A stretch of 63,612 nucleotides of DNA, filler included, from Lenisia limosa (GCA_001655205.1; 15 parts of 15 records of this genome joined end to end with filler, not necessarily neighbours in it); one strand, 5' to 3'. Positions 10,704-24,424 are shown, numbered from the whole stretch's first letter. Notes: a model not told the origin generated them from the letters alone. Numbers and translations: made by a program.

Positions 10704-13194
10704 CCTCCATGATGGATGACGTCATGGCGGCGAGTCACGGAACGGACGTTGGTCAGTTCATTCCCAGCTCCCTGTTATCCCCCGAGGAGAGCCCCTCACC
10801 GCGTGGGGGGAGGGGGTGATTGAAATAGGTCTCCAAACAGATTCATTACTAGCCAGAAGACAAGAATTCACCCCTCCCGGGACGGGCTTTTTTTGTATTT
10901 GTTTGTGTCCAACTATCGTGTGTTATCAACCAGCAGAGTTGATTTTGGGTTTTGTTTTTTTAAAAAAAAATCTCATAAATTTCTCATTTTACCCCCCCCC
11001 CCCANNNNNNNNNNNNNNNNNNNNNNNNNNNNNNNNNNNNNNNNNNNNNNNNNNNNNNNNNNNNNNNNNNNNNNNNNNNNNNNNNNNNNNNNNNNNNNNN
11101 NNNNNNNNNNNNNNNNNNNNNNNNNNNNNNNNNNNNNNNNNNCTCGGGCTCGTTTTTCATGCGGGATGACCGGGTATGAAGCCATATTGTTAGGACTAGA
11201 GAAAAAATAGTACATTAGAAATCTAGAGAAACAAATTTAAATCGTAGGATACTATAAACAAATTACCAGGGCCTATTTCTTACATTATGATCGGGTATGT
11301 ATGGCCTATTGTATGGGCGTTTTTCATCCATGATGACAGGGTATGTACACATTCTATATCATAGATTATGTAATATGGGCTTATTTAATGCGCGTTTACC
11401 CCATATCTACTTGTTATATGACGATGATATGGCCATGTGTCAAATGATAAGTGAAGATAACAGGAGGAGTGTATCAGAGTATCATGAGACTCGTTCAAGT
11501 GGTTATGAGGTACCATATCACGGTGTGGCAAATGATAGGTCATACGCGTGAAAATAATCCTAAAAGTGAATTGATTTCGAGTATGTATGGCGCGAAAATT
11601 GATATGATTCTTCCGTTCAAGACTACCCACAGTTGTTAATGCTTCATGACAGAGTGTATCATATGATATGATATATTTTTTCATGGATGATTACAGGGGA
11701 TATATGATGCGTAATCATTTCTTGAAGGATTCAGATGAAATGTGTGTCTTGCTCAATTTATTCAATTCACAATATCGCGTTCCTCTAGCCCAATTACAAT
11801 ATCTAACATAATAACCAAATCGCAAATCTAACCTCAAACAGGATGACGGACGGACTAACAAGAATCAAAAAGTTGACGATCTTCGCCAAAAAATGGGTAG
11901 AGGGGGGGGGGTAAAAATTTGCTATATGACCGGGTGGTTTGGAGTCTAAAGAAAGCTTATGGGGTTTATATTGTTGGGGGGAAGGGCTGTCCAAATTTTA
12001 TCAATTGCCTGAAATTCCTTCATCCATCTAGCGTATAATATGACCTCTTTTTTGTAATTGGGACTTCGTTCCCCAAAAAGACTGATTTTTTCGATAAATC
12101 ATCGATAAATATCGATATATTACCGATCTTTTTTTGGAAATCCTAGTCAAGATTATTCCTTCATCCATCAGCGAGGACTCATCTCCGGTCTCCATCATAC
12201 GATTTCACGCACCGCTACTCGTCAAACGCCAATATCGTGGAGGGGCTTGCACCAGTGAAGGTTGGATATTATGGGCTTGTACCAGTGAAGGTTGGATATT
12301 ATGGTTACCAGTGAAGGTTGGATTTTATGGAGTGTTCACAATCATTTTTTCTTTCGAAAATGATTCGCACAGGTCGCGTCTCTGAAGCCTATGTACACCT
12401 CCCGTCAGGAGCATCGAGCTTCGGGTTGGCTGATGGAGGCTATANNNNNNNNNNNNNNNNNNNNNNNNNNNNNNNNNNNNNNNNNNNNNNNNNNNNNNNN
12501 NNNNNNNNNNNNNNNNNNNNNNNNNNNNNNNNNNNNNNNNNNNNNNNNNNNNNNNNNNNNNNNNNNNNNNNNNNNNNNNNNNNNNNNNNNNNNNNNNNNN
12601 NNNNNNNATAGATGTAGTGTTGAATAGTAAAAAAAAAACATATCATATGATATTCAGATTCACCTATGAGGGCTTCCCTACGGTAAAGAATTTTTCGATA
12701 AATCTTCGATAAATATCGATGTTTTAGCGGTCTTTTTCGGACAACCTCTACATACGATGCGTATATTCACCCTCATTAGGCCTGAATCCTGGAGCCAAGC
12801 CCTATCACCCTCTCCCCCAAGAACATGCCATCCTACCCATCCTCCCCCAGGTATGGCTTTCTGCCTCTTATTGCAACTTTGTGTACATTTTCTAATGTGT
12901 TTTCAAAAATCTCGCCAACAGAGTTAATTTTGGGCTTTTTCATAAATTTTCACTCTTAACATGTGGGATGTGGTGCTGCAGAAGCGACTTGCTTGGCGTT
13001 GTTTGCTTTTGTTTCAACTCGTGTGTTACTAAACAACGAAGTTGAATTTGAGTTGTTTGTTTCTAAATTTTCCAATCTTACCCATCCCCAGCCCCAGCCC
13101 CATCCCACGCTGCCCCCTCTACAGGACGTCGCCCTACCCAGCACACAGCCGAAGGTCCTCTCGAAGATTCTGTCGGACCTCTACAGAGAGTCCG
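10704..13194 (+). CDS. Multi-exon gene fragment of unknown function
   Basis: Short GT/AG-bounded exons, e.g. DDGRTNKNQKVDDLRQKM (~11845-11897), GLNPGAKPYHPLPQEHAILPILPQ (~12780-12850), DVALPSTQPKVLSKILSDLYRES (~13125-13194). Confidence 0.4.
11160..11760. repeat. Family D long interspersed repeat (copy 1)
   Basis: Core GAGTGTATCAGAGTATCATGAGAC at ~11468 matches GAGTGTGTCAGAGTATCATTGAGAC at ~28797 and the reverse complement at ~59940-59965. Confidence 0.6.
12246..12328. repeat. Tandem repeat, ~30-bp unit x3 (ACCAGTGAAGGTTGGATATTATGGGCTTGT)
   Basis: Directly visible; intronic. Confidence 0.85.
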
Positions 13195-13392
13195 NNNNNN
13201 NNNNNNNNNNNNNNNNNNNNNNNNNNNNNNNNNNNNNNTTAATTAATTAANNNNNNNNNNNNNNNNNNNNNNNNNNNNNNNNNNNNNNNNNNNNTTTCGA
13301 TGAAGAATATTGGTGTAAGTAGTACAATTGGAAAATTTAAGCCCAAAATCAACTCTATTGGCTAACAACACACGAGGGCTTATAACAACAAG

Positions 13393-15541
13393 TTATATAA
13401 AACAAGTTTTCAACTCTAGGGCTATGAGGATGTTGTAGAAAATAGAGTGCTGGTAGCAAACCTCCATGAGGGCTTCTCTGACGTAAAGCAGCATAGCAAC
13501 AACCAAATGATCGACCAAGCTCAGATCCGGTCCATCAGCAAAGAGGGCGTCCCTGGGAAATGACCAGTCTGTGTAAAGAGCAATCTCTGCTCTTTTGGTA
13601 TAACGCAAAGAGCCGTCAATCAATAGCCTACCAGATTTTGAGGACATCCTCCAAATGGAACTCTCTTCCAACCAGCAGACGAAGCCACTTCCTGGAGAGT
13701 CACACAAGAATAACAGCAAAACGGACAAACATGCAGTAAAGTTGAGGCTCAACACCCTCCTTTTCAAGATGGTGGAACAGCTCGGGGTCAACCTGATGGG
13801 TAAATAGAAGACATTCACTTTAGGTTCCAAAACACTGAGACAATATCGATATTTATCGAGGATTTATCGAGGATTCAGTCTTTTGGGGAACCGAAAGGAA
13901 AACTCTGGGTAATAGAGGCATTCATAATCATGTCATTATTCACAGAGGTCAACCCCATGCCTTTCGGAGCAGTTCATTTTGGATGTAGTTCGCATGGACA
14001 ATGAGAGCGGACTGCGGGTCATCAGGGCTGGGTCTCTGGCCCTAGGGGTGAGATGTGTTGACTAAGCCGCCTAACAAATAGTTTAGGGGACTTAAATCCC
14101 CTAAGGTTCTTTGATACTAAAATCAACTGCATATAAACCATAGTTTGTGTGAACGGCAGTTAGCAAGAATGACAGGGTACCATGACAGCAATAAGTCTGG
14201 GAATACAGGCAAACGAAGAGCTACATACTCGTTGTCTTTGGATCGAAATGTACCATGGAGCCAAGGTGCTCATGATGATTGTGAAGAGGGTGTGAGCATC
14301 GTGCTCCACGTAGCCAGAGTTGAACTGAACTGCAAAAGCAGCTGGAGGGGGGGGGGGNNNNNNNNNNNNNNNNNNNNNNNNNNNNNNNNNNNNNNNNNNN
14401 NNNNNNNNNNNNNATAATTGTGATATAGACAGCCACAAACAAGAGGTGTCAGTAGCAAGCATTTCACGAGCCAAAACAAAGACGAGAGGGGCAAGAACTT
14501 CGTGCATTCCTTGCTTGTAAGACACCTGCAAAGGATTAACTAATATAATAACAAGCCCCAAAAGTCTCATACATAGCAAATGTATTGTATGTCAAGTAGA
14601 GCGTAGAAGATATTGTGACTCCATACCTCTGGGTGTGTGAGGGCGAAAACAGTCAAAACACGATGCATCAACTCTTGGACTTGTTGATTACGGAAGAATT
14701 CAACATCCTGGAGGGTGATGGTGAATGAAAACGTTTAGAAAAAAAAGGCAACTGTAGCAAAACATTAAGGATACATGAAGGTTCCCACGATGTGGCACTG
14801 CAGTTCATCCAATACTCCAATATATATGATACTGTTTCCCTCACCGGGAACGTTCGCTCAACGTCTTTGTTCACCTCGTCCTCGACTTCGGAAAGATGGT
14901 AGTACGCTGCAGCGTGAGAAATGATGTAGCAATAAGGAAGAGGGGATTGTTTCCCACCAGTCCATGGAGAGTCTTCATCTTGGTTCTCGGCTGCTGCGGC
15001 GCCATCAAGGGGATTGTGTGTGTTGGCGTCAAGCTCCTGGCCCTAAGCAGTCAAACCAGCTTCGCAAAAGGGAGCGAAGAGTCAGAAGTGAACCTTAGTG
15101 GCGTCCTTGACCTTGGTGATGTGTTTGTCGACCAACTGCGCGTATTCGTTGCGTTGTGCTGTGATGTGGTTGGCCCATTGGTCAGGCGACATCAGAGGAG
15201 GAAGAGCCCCAAGGAAAATCTGAAAATCATCAAACACATCATCTTAAACCCATCAATCTCCCACAACGCACCTTCCATGCAAGGGACCTAAGGCAGGATT
15301 CATGCAGTCCTCGAGTCAAAGCCATGGACTTGAGATGTTCGATCCCTCGAAGACTCCTTGAAGACTCGCCATCTGGAAACTCCTGCTGGTACTCCGCTTG
15401 GACATCAGCTCTGGGTGTCAAGTGAGAAAAGGGGAATAATGATACAGTAAATGAGAAAAAATCATCAAAACGCTTCAAATAATAATTTTAGCTGTATTTT
15501 AAGCATTTCAACAAGGCGGCAGCTTACAAGGTGACACTCAT
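13393..15541 (-). CDS. TBC1D5: Rab-GAP TBC domain protein, TBC1D5-like; 3' truncated
   Basis: MSVTL| ... SCLRSLAWKV ... EDEVNKDVERTFP ... YKQGMHEVLAPLVFVL ... FNSGYVEHDAHTLFTIIMSTLAPWY ... DPELFHHLEKEGVEPQLY ... DALFADGPDLSLVDHLVVAMLLYVREALM. This parallels TBC1D5 (YKQGMHELLAPIVFVL; WDALFAD..LVDYIFVAMLLYIRDAL). Confidence 0.9.
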
Positions 15542-15770
15542 GGTGGTAAAGAGTTTCGATCCAAAGGTCAAGATTTATCAACTATCTGCTATTCCAATAC
15601 AGTATATTATGTTATAATATTTCACAGCAGAAAGAGGGAGAAAATCTGAAAATTTGGGATAAAAGCTATTCGAATACATTTACAACCCCAGATCAGCTTA
15701 CTATTTATGTATATTTTTGTCAAAAAATGAGAGAAGAAAAGGTTATTGTATACTTGTCAGGATTTAAACA

Positions 15771-18700
15771 ATGCCTGCACAGATCCCAAACGTGGCGGTA
15801 ATGCCCGACAACGTTGGTTTTTTTATTTTGCTTCATTTGAAGAGCTAACACGTCTAGCTTGTTGGAGATCTCACCTTTTCTGAGACAGAGATCACCTTTA
15901 CCTATCACGATAGCGACAGAATCGACACGTACAGCGCCAACGATGTAAGAGATTCCTTCTCTTGGTCTTTCTCACACCCTAGGTGAAGGATATTAATTGG
16001 TTCAATGTTACTAAGGAGATTAACGGCCTCGCAATTCACCTCAACAACCAAAACCGTGTCACCTTCCATGGAGTGAGATCAAAAGTAAGCAAGCAATTGG
16101 GGATAAGTCTGTTTTTATTACGATTGTGTTTGGATATGTTGTTTGTTTGGTTGGAAGAGGACCTGTGTTAATATGGAATATTGTTCTCAAACGATTTGAT
16201 AGCCCAACCCTCGTAAGGCGCGCTTTTGTTCCTCTATCATGACCCTGAATCCCATATCATCTATGCTGTTTTATGGACTACATTATATAATGTATAATAT
16301 GTGTAGTTTTAACGCCGCCACCTTATATCTCTTCTGTAGTTTTAACGCCGCCACCTTCTATCTCTTCTGTAGTTATCCTGTATTATGTTGTGTTGTTTTT
16401 GTTTTTGTTTCCCCCGCTTTCTTTTCACCAAACGCTGGAGTGATGGGATGCGGTGCTGCAAAAGCGACTGGTCTGGGCTTTGTTTGTTTTGTTGTTATAA
16501 CCCTCATGTGTTGNNNNNNNNNNNNNNNNNNNNNNNNNNNNNNNNNNNNNNNNNNNNNNNNNNNNNNNGTTTAAAAATTTCGTTTTACTCCCCCCCTCCC
16601 ATTTAGCTTTACTCCAAATATTCTTTCTCGAAATTTCCTTCGTTTTACCCCCTTCCCCCCAGTTTTTAGACGACATAGACCAAGAGGTCCAGGCCATGGG
16701 CCACAAGCTGACCAAGGTGTCTCTGGCCTGCGAGGGCTGGAACTTTGGTGAAATCAAAATGAATGGTGCGTTGTCAAAAATATTTTTCGAAAAATTATCG
16801 AGAAATTCAATCTTTTTTGGGACCGTAGGGAAGCCCTGACGGTGTGTCGTACTCCGTTGTTGCGGGTCTCACAATGCAGATCATGAGGTGACCTTCGCCA
16901 CAGGTGCCGACAACTTCAAGGAGGCCTTCGCTCTCCCAATTTCATCCATCTCCCAGGCCAACACCATGGTATGTCCGCTTCTCTGCAGTACTGTGCTTTT
17001 CGCCAGCCTCACCCTTCTTCAGGGTAAAACGGACACAATCATTCAGTTTGACCGCGATTCAACAGCCAAAGAATCGGTAAGTGGGGGTCTTCACTTCAGT
17101 TTCATAAAATACCAGTAAAATGTCGATAGCTTTCGAGGATTTATCGAGAAATTCAGTCTTTTTTTGAACCAAAGTGAAGCCCTAGTGGGGGGGGGGGGNN
17201 NNNNNNNNNNNNNNNNNNNNNNNNNNNNNNNNNNNNNNNNNNNNNNNNNNNNNNNNNNNNNNNNNNNNNNNNNNNNNNNNNNNNNNNNNNNGATACCCCT
17301 TAACTCTTTAGGACATTCACGTTTGTGCATATATCCCTTAACTCTTTAGGACATTTACGTTTGTGAATATATCCCTTAACTCTTTAGGACATTCACGTTT
17401 GTGAAATGCGTTTCTTCGTTCCGCAGTCTACGAAATCCGAAATGAACCACGAAGTAGGTGGTTTTCTGCTAAGCACGGCCACAATCTCATTTTTCAATAT
17501 CTCAATCTCATTTCTCAGTATCTCGCCAACACACTGTCCAGTCTGTCATCAAGTTCTTCCACCTCCACCACCCTCGCTTCCTTCTCTCAGATGCCTTGTG
17601 TCATGCCAAAGTCTGCGGGGGGTGGGTATGTAACTATATAAATATAGCATAAGGATACAGTTCAGGGTTTAACTGAAGTACAGTTACCCATTTCAATTCT
17701 GGCAATTGCATATCTGATCATGGATCTGACTTACAGGGGACGATTCGATATCGAGTTCACAGCCACATCCCTCAACCTTCGTGGTGCCACCCAGCGCTAC
17801 CGCATTCTTCCCTCGCACATTTCCCGTCTTTTCGTTCTGCCAATGCCAACAGAAGACAGAATCTGCGTTGTCGTATGGGGGGGATTTATCGAGAAATTTA
17901 GTCTTTTTTCGAACGGAAGTGAAGCCCTAGTTATCTTCAATCCATAAGTCGTCGCGAGTACATAGTGTATAATTAATTACTGAAATCAGCTGTAAGAAAT
18001 GCGGAAGACGTCTTCACGGCTCCCACTTTTCACCATTTCTTAGGCCTCAGTGGAGCCTCCTCTTCGCCAAGGTGCCACGCAATACGGTCACATTGTTACA
18101 GTCTTTGACAAAGACGACAACTCTGCCGTCGAGGAGTTTGATGCGTGGGGGGGGGGGGNNNNNNNNNNTTTATGATGTCCAAAAATGAGAAAATTGCGCA
18201 ATCCATTCTAGATTTCTCAAGAAATTCACTATTATTTTGATACTGCCAGGAGGAATAACCGCAAACTCTGAAGCGAATGGCGAAGGTAAACTCGAGGAAT
18301 GACGGAACCGAGGAGCTCAAATGCTGGTCACCAAGCCATCTAGGGGGGGGGGGATTAAACAACAACAAAAAAAAGCATACTACATGGATTATGATTGTCT
18401 TGAGGCAGAAATGACAAACAAAGCATTTCTCCCCTCAAACTTATCCCTGGAATGTGCAATATCTGACATCCGACTAAGAGCCTCGTTGCGGTACATACTT
18501 TCCTAATATAGTAAGATACTTTCCTGAAAGATATTGTCCTAGTCTGGTTTTTGGAAATAAGAATGTCAATATTATGTGTATCAATTAATTGAAAGAAGAA
18601 AAATACAAATAATACACATTCTGCACAGAAAAATAAGAAAAGAACAAGGAAATAGCTAGTACAACAAAATTATGGTACTTTCCTGGACATCTGAGTATGA

Positions 18701-21541
18701 GGATGTAAATGAAGAGTTTTAGCATAATTATTACACCCCATTCCTCCTCAAATTAAGCCAACCTCCTCTCCAGAGGGTTGGAAGCAATAGCGCATTTTTG
18801 CTGATACTGCTGGTTCTTGAGGGCCCGGAGTCCTACGAGATAAAGAATTGTATCTCATTTCAATTCGGTTTTCAAAAACAAAAACCAGAATTCAACACAA
18901 TAAAAATATAAAAAAGTAAAATGAAAAGAATTACATAAACCCCGGCTTACATTACGGACTTTTGCTGTGTATTAGCAGAATGTTTTCTAAAAAGTTAATC
19001 CTTGGAGAGGAACACAGAAGTTTATGTAGCCGTACCTTGGTAAAAACACCCTCTTCTGTGAATATTAGAACTCTCATCATAATACTGATCAAATTCGTAA
19101 AACGTATATTATATGCAAATATTGCTACTATCCCCACCAAGCCAGATTTAGCCACAACCAACTTATAACTAGCCAAGAACCGCGCAAGGTTGCCGAAGTC
19201 TTCCGATGCAAGACTAAGAGCTGCCAATTGGGTGTGGAGGAAGAAGAAGCCCTCAGACTCGGCAGGGGTGTCTGCAGCATGGGCATGGAATGACACCGTG
19301 CTGATGGGCGAGTTCATATACTGTAAGGTGTGGTGAGACTCAATGTTGCGTTGATGCATAAAGAGCTATTTTGTGTAGAATGGTGAACATGATATATATT
19401 TTTACTACATACTAGTATGTGGGTCCTCAAAGCTCCGGACAGCATTCTAAATTCACCGGACACATCAAAACTCCCGGNNNNNNNNNNGGATTTATCGAGA
19501 AATTCAGTCTTTTTTCGAACCGAAGAAGCCCTAATGGTAAGGTGTATAACAAGGCTTCTGCTACTATGTCAAATAGTTAATCTGCATGGACCCCATGAGA
19601 TATGTGCTGGTCTTTTACTCTACAGAGAGGAAGTTGAGAAGATCGCTGGAGAGAAGTGGAGTGCAGCCAAATTTGAAGGTCCCAGATTCCAGGTATGAAT
19701 TCGTCTCATGACAGGAGGGTTGGATAAAATCTTTCGATGATGATTGCTCTTGCTCCCTTCTCGTTTGTCCGCGGTTCATGTTGCAGTCCTTCGCGCACAT
19801 TCTGTCTATGGTGACAAAGCTGAAGGTTACTACCCCTGGAAATGTCTTCACCAGGTATGCTTGGAGTAGTCTTTGTTTTCAATGAGATCCCATTTGAGTT
19901 TTCAGTGATATTGTTTCAATAGATGATGTACTTTTGATGGTGCGCACTCATCCAATATCTCTTTATCAGCGTGATGGTGGCTGGCTTCGGTCAGATTCTA
20001 TAATATCTCTTGTCAACGTAATTGAGTGGCCGGCTTTGGTCAGAGACAATAATCCAAAATCTCCTATCAGCGTAATGGTGGCCGGCTTCGGTCAGATACC
20101 GGCTATTTTTCTCATCTCTTCATATTTTTTATTAATTTATGCATGNNNNNNNNNNNNNNNNNNNNNNNNNNNNNNNNNNNNNNNNNNNNNNNNNNNNNNN
20201 NNNNNNNNNNNNNCCCCGCAGCAATGGCGTCAACGCAGTAAAGTGCTCACTCAAGGCCAACGATGGTTTCCTGTTCCCTCTCAAAAAGGTGGGAGTTGCT
20301 TCTAATTTATGCCAACATGGGGTAGTAGAGGATATCGGAGGGAGCCGACCTCGGAGGGAGCCGACCTCGTGTTATCTTTCATATGCTTTTTCCAGTTGTG
20401 ACATTTCAGAGTTTCTTCTTCCTCAACAAAGCCACCGAAGTTCGTTTCGACCAAATCTGTTTGGGGGCATGGTTAATGTTTAAAGCGGGAGTCCAATTAA
20501 TGGTGATTTTAAGGAAGTTCTCCTCAAACCCCATCTAAGTACTGTAACATGTAGTCAAAGCTGTTGTTAAACATGAGAAGCAGAGAGGAAGAGAGAGGAG
20601 CCATCCAACTGGGTTCAATTTATTTATTAAGCATTTTAAGAACAAAGAGCCCAGGCGATAGACTTCAGGAGAAACACACTGGTGTAGGATGATGAAACCT
20701 CCAGATTTAGTGCATCTTTAGCTTTCTGTTTCTGTTAGTTTGGCTTAGAATACTTACTTTTATTAATCAAGAGGCTTGTCATCACGTCAGGGCACTTTGA
20801 TCCAGATTTTCACTGAGATCTCAAAAACTACTCCCCTTNNNNNNNNNNNNNNNNNNNNNNNNNNNNNNNNNNNNNNNNNNNNNNNNNNNNNNNNNNNNNN
20901 NNNNNNNNNNNNNNNNNNNNNNNNNNNNNNNNNNNNNNNNNNNNNNNNNNNNNNNNNNNNNNNNNNNNNNNNNNNGTATAAACTAGGTTACAAAAATTAA
21001 TTAGACTTCCGCTTTTACACCTTCGATACCAACAGTTGATTTTGGGCTTTTTTTTATTTCATAAATTTTCCAATTTTGGACGTGATAACAAATTCAGCAC
21101 ACGTGGAGTTCCAAAGAGTGTCGTCAGTTTCAACCGGAGTCAATGTGTCCTTTGATCTTGCAATCACTCTCCACAAGTCCGTTGTCACCTTTACAAACAT
21201 TCATCGGTATGAATGTGACTTGCTGTTAATATGGTAACAATATGATAAGTTGCCTTTTTTTTTTCTTTTTTTTTTTTCACATGACCATTTCTGACGATTT
21301 TAGTGATGAGTATGACAATCTTGTTGAGTACTGCAAGGAAAGAGGTCTTCGTATCAGGAACTTGAAGGAGCTTGTAAGCTACTCGATATATTTGTGCCAT
21401 GTTTCTGTTTGCTCATTCTGCCTGTTATGTTTTGCCATTTTTATGCGACCAGGAAAACGCAGCCCGGGCCGCTGTGACTGAGGAGGTCGACATGGGGGGT
21501 GATGACGATGATGATGACGACCAGAGTGTCCAGATGTCCGA
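15771..21541 (+). CDS. SSRP1: FACT complex subunit SSRP1/Pob3; many introns, 3' truncated
   Basis: EGWNFGEIK; EMRFFVP; TYRGRFDIEF..RLFVLP; ICVV|ASVEPPLRQGATQYGHIV; LSMVTKLKVTTPGN; AVKCSLKANDGFLFPLKK; SFDLAITLHK..FTNIHR|DEYDNLVEYCKERGLRIRN; then an acidic tail. Motifs are in the same order as in SSRP1. Confidence 0.92.
16430..16670 (+). mobile_element. Family B intronic repeat in SSRP1, ending at a 3' splice site
   Basis: GGGATGCGGTGCTGCAAAAGCGACTGGTCTGGGCTTTGTTTG..TTATAACCCTCATGTGTTG..TTTTACTCCCCC..TTTTACCCCCTTCCCCCAG. Confidence 0.75.
17292..17405. repeat. Tandem repeat, ~38-bp unit x3 (ATATCCCTTAACTCTTTAGGACATTCACGTTTGTGAAT), in an SSRP1 intron
   Basis: Directly visible. Confidence 0.85.
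18170..19360 (-). CDS. Opposite-strand multi-exon gene fragment lying inside the SSRP1 span (nested gene or mis-scaffolded contig)
   Basis: Exon-like pieces YMNSPISTVSFHAHAADTPAESEGFFFLHTQLAALSLASEDFGNLARFLASYKLVVAKSGL, GLRALKNQQYQQKCAIASNPLGEE, YRNEALSRMSDIAHSRDK. Bracketed by 10-N gaps at 18159-18168 and 19478-19487. Confidence 0.4.
19950..20125. repeat. Family C interspersed repeat, two partial copies in an SSRP1 intron
   Basis: ATCAGCGTGATGGTGGCTGGCTTCGGTCAGAT..TTTTTCTCATCTCT; its reverse complement matches the 23625-23715 copy. Confidence 0.6.
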
Positions 21542-22094
21542 NNNNNNNNNNNNNNNNNNNNNNNNNNNNNNNNNNNNNNNNNNNNTTAATTAATTAANNN
21601 NNNNNNNNNNNNNNNNNNNNNNNNNNNNNNNNNNNNNNNNNTCATTATCAATACATAATAGAATACTACATAAGTCACTCCAAGGAAGGCCTATTCTTCA
21701 ATAATGAAACTGCTTTCCGAGACAACTTCATTTGAACCCTGCTTTATCAAAACTATTCGTCATTGAAATTTCCTTCGTTTTACGTCTTTTTTTTGTTGTT
21801 GTTGTTTGGGGTTTCAGATTCTTCGGTTCCTGATACCTTTACGCCATTTCTTCATCGAAATTTTCTTCTTTTTACTGGGATGCGGTGCTGCAGGCAACTA
21901 GCCTGGGNNNNNNNNNNNNNNNNNNNNNNNNNNNNNNNNNNNNNNNNNNNNNNNNNNNNNNNNNNNNNNNNNNNNNNNNNNNNNNNNNNNNNNNNNNNNN
22001 NNNNNNNNNNNNNNNNNNNNNNATCAGCCAACAGATGATTTGGGGTTTTTTGTTTCATTAATTTTCCAATTTTACTCCCTTCCCCAGTCCGACT

Positions 22095-24200
22095 TTCACT
22101 CCATCCTCACGGTCGCTGCTGTCGGATCAGAAAGACAGGACTTGTGCAATGGCGGGGGTGCCAAAGTCGCTGTGCGTATGTCACAAGGGTTCCTAGCACA
22201 AGGCATTATGTGTGTGGTAGTGGTTCTGAGTACGTCGCTATGTGTGTGTAGGGTGTTGCTAGGGGATTTTGACTGGGGAGTTGTAACAAATCGTATTAAC
22301 TGGTATTAAGATCGTGTGGATTGATGTTTTAGTGTTTTTCTTATTATTATGCAGTTTTTTTCTGAACCGTTTTTAAGAATCTCAAAACAAATCATATGTA
22401 TGTTGAAATGAGAAATAAAATTTTATTACTATAGCAATGAAAAATAAGGTCAAGTAAAATAGGTATCTGGCCGAAGCCGTCCACACCGATGCAGCTCAGA
22501 GATATTGGATATTGCAAAACACCTGTTTGAAGGATATCAGCACCATATACATTTTAAAACACCACCAATCGTGGTTAGGAACAAGAAAAACAAGGAATTA
22601 TACAGCCACATACAAACACAGCACTACACCAACACCTCTTCAGTCGATTCCGACACCATTTTCACGGTTTTTCGTCTCTTGAAGAAGCTCTTCTTCGAGT
22701 CCAGCACCAGCTCATCAAACTCCTTTGCGAGCTGTGGAAGCTGTGGGGGGGGGGGGTAAAANNNNNNNNNNNNNNNNNNNNNNNNNNNNNNNNNNNNNNN
22801 NNNNNNNNNNNNNNNNNNNNNNNNNNNNNNNNNNNNNNNNNNNNNNNNNNNNNNNNNNNNNNNNNNNNNNNNNTTCTCCAACAACCAACCTGTTTAATAG
22901 TCTCAGAAGGCACCATAACAAGCATTCGCCGCATCCGAGAGCCTTCCTCGCGAATTTGCGTCAACTTCGGCGAAATTATACCCTCTACACAGGTCAAATT
23001 ACGCGCTACCAACATAGATCATAGATCATAGATCATAGATCATAGATCATAGATCATAGATCATAGATCATAGATCATTGGTGATTTGATAACTCCCCCT
23101 CCCACTGTATCCGACCGCGAAGAAAAGACACAAAGAAGATGTCAAGAAGATTTGCTGGGAGTAAGTTGCGTTGAGCGCTTCTTTGAACTTGTCCTAATCG
23201 AGTCAGTAGGATGTTGTTATCATTTTGAAGGTCTCTCTCCCCACTCCCCATATTTCTATACTGATGGTTATTACAGAATAGATACACTTTTGGGAGCTCA
23301 GAGAAGCTTAGCGCCAAATAGGGTTTCATGGCACCAGCTTCACTCTGATCCAGAAAATCACCGAATTTCTCGATAAATCATCAATATATTGCGATAGTTT
23401 TCGATCTTTAGTTCTGGAGTGAAGCCCATCAAGTCCCAATAATTTGAGTACTACAGAGGCAACGGAATCACACCAGTTAAATCTTCAATACTTATCTTTT
23501 TCGTCCAAAAATTAGAGTTTTGAGGAAACATACCAGGTAAAGCTGTGTCAGAGTCTTCATGCCAGGGAAGAGGTAGTTTTGAGTATTGGTCCATAGAAGC
23601 CTGATAATTGAGCTATTGATGATATGTAGAGATGAGAAATAAAACAAGGTTGTATCTGGCCGAAGCCATCCACACCATCACGCTTATATACTAATTAACC
23701 AATCATTTGCCTTACAACTCTGTGTCACAGCTTTCTGCGTGCCTCGTAGTAGTATTTATGATATAGAGATGAGAAGCGGTACAGCAATACCCACGTAATA
23801 TTACGTTCATAGAGCAAGCAAGGGGGACTCAAAGCTTACGGGAGATATTGTGACGGTTGGGGGTGAGTCGAGTTGTACGGCGCCTCAAGGAAGTAGCCGG
23901 ATGCAGAGTCCAGCATCATTCGACCGGTTACTGTAGGTGACGGATGTGAGAGAAGGGGATGAGGCTATTGTTAAAGGGTGAAAGGGAGTGCATGTTATAC
24001 ACATTATACACAAAATACACATTATCACATTTTCCTTAAGATACTCCTCCCACATTCAAGACCATATATTAGACGAGCGTTGACACCAAGTAGTTCGTCA
24101 GGCACATCTGAACTGTCAAAGCAACCGCATGAAATTATCAATATTATGTGTTTTTTCTATTTTGTCTCTTTTCAAAAGCTGCTGGCTCATAATATTTGAT
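22095..24200 (-). CDS. Probable multi-exon gene of unknown function
   Basis: Exons with C-run+AG acceptors on the minus strand, e.g. LPQLAKEFDELVLDSKKSFFKRRKTVKMVSESTEE (22636-22740) and VTGRMMLDSASGYFLEAPYNSTHPNRHNIS (~23840-23935). Strand of some pieces is ambiguous. Confidence 0.35.
23013..23078. repeat. Perfect 7-bp microsatellite (CATAGAT)n, about 9 copies
   Basis: Directly visible. Confidence 0.95.
23625..23715. repeat. Family C interspersed repeat (reference copy)
   Basis: AGAGATGAGAAATAAAACAAGGTTGTATCTGGCCGAAGCCATCCACACCATCACGCTTATATACTAATTAACCAATCATTTGCC. Other copies at ~22455, ~27180, ~31180 (rc), ~32985 (rc) and ~40820. Confidence 0.75.
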
Positions 24201-24424
24201 AAGAAAATAATTGATAAAAAAAATTCATGAGGAAAGCTTTTAAAAAGAAAAAAAAAACAGAACTAAATTATCGGCTCTGCTGAGAAACTATAACTGGCTC
24301 AGCTAGAGCTAGTGATCTAAGCCANNNNNNNNNNNNNNNNNNNNNNNNNNNNNNNNNNNNNNNNNNNNTTAATTAATTAANNNNNNNNNNNNNNNNNNNN
24401 NNNNNNNNNNNNNNNNNNNNNNNN

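Noticed and set aside
17873-18043. Family A as a complete introner whose terminal TAG is the acceptor
   Set aside because: Splicing at the element's TAG (17930) leads to a stop; the SSRP1 frame requires the acceptor at 18043, so the MITE lies inside a longer intron.
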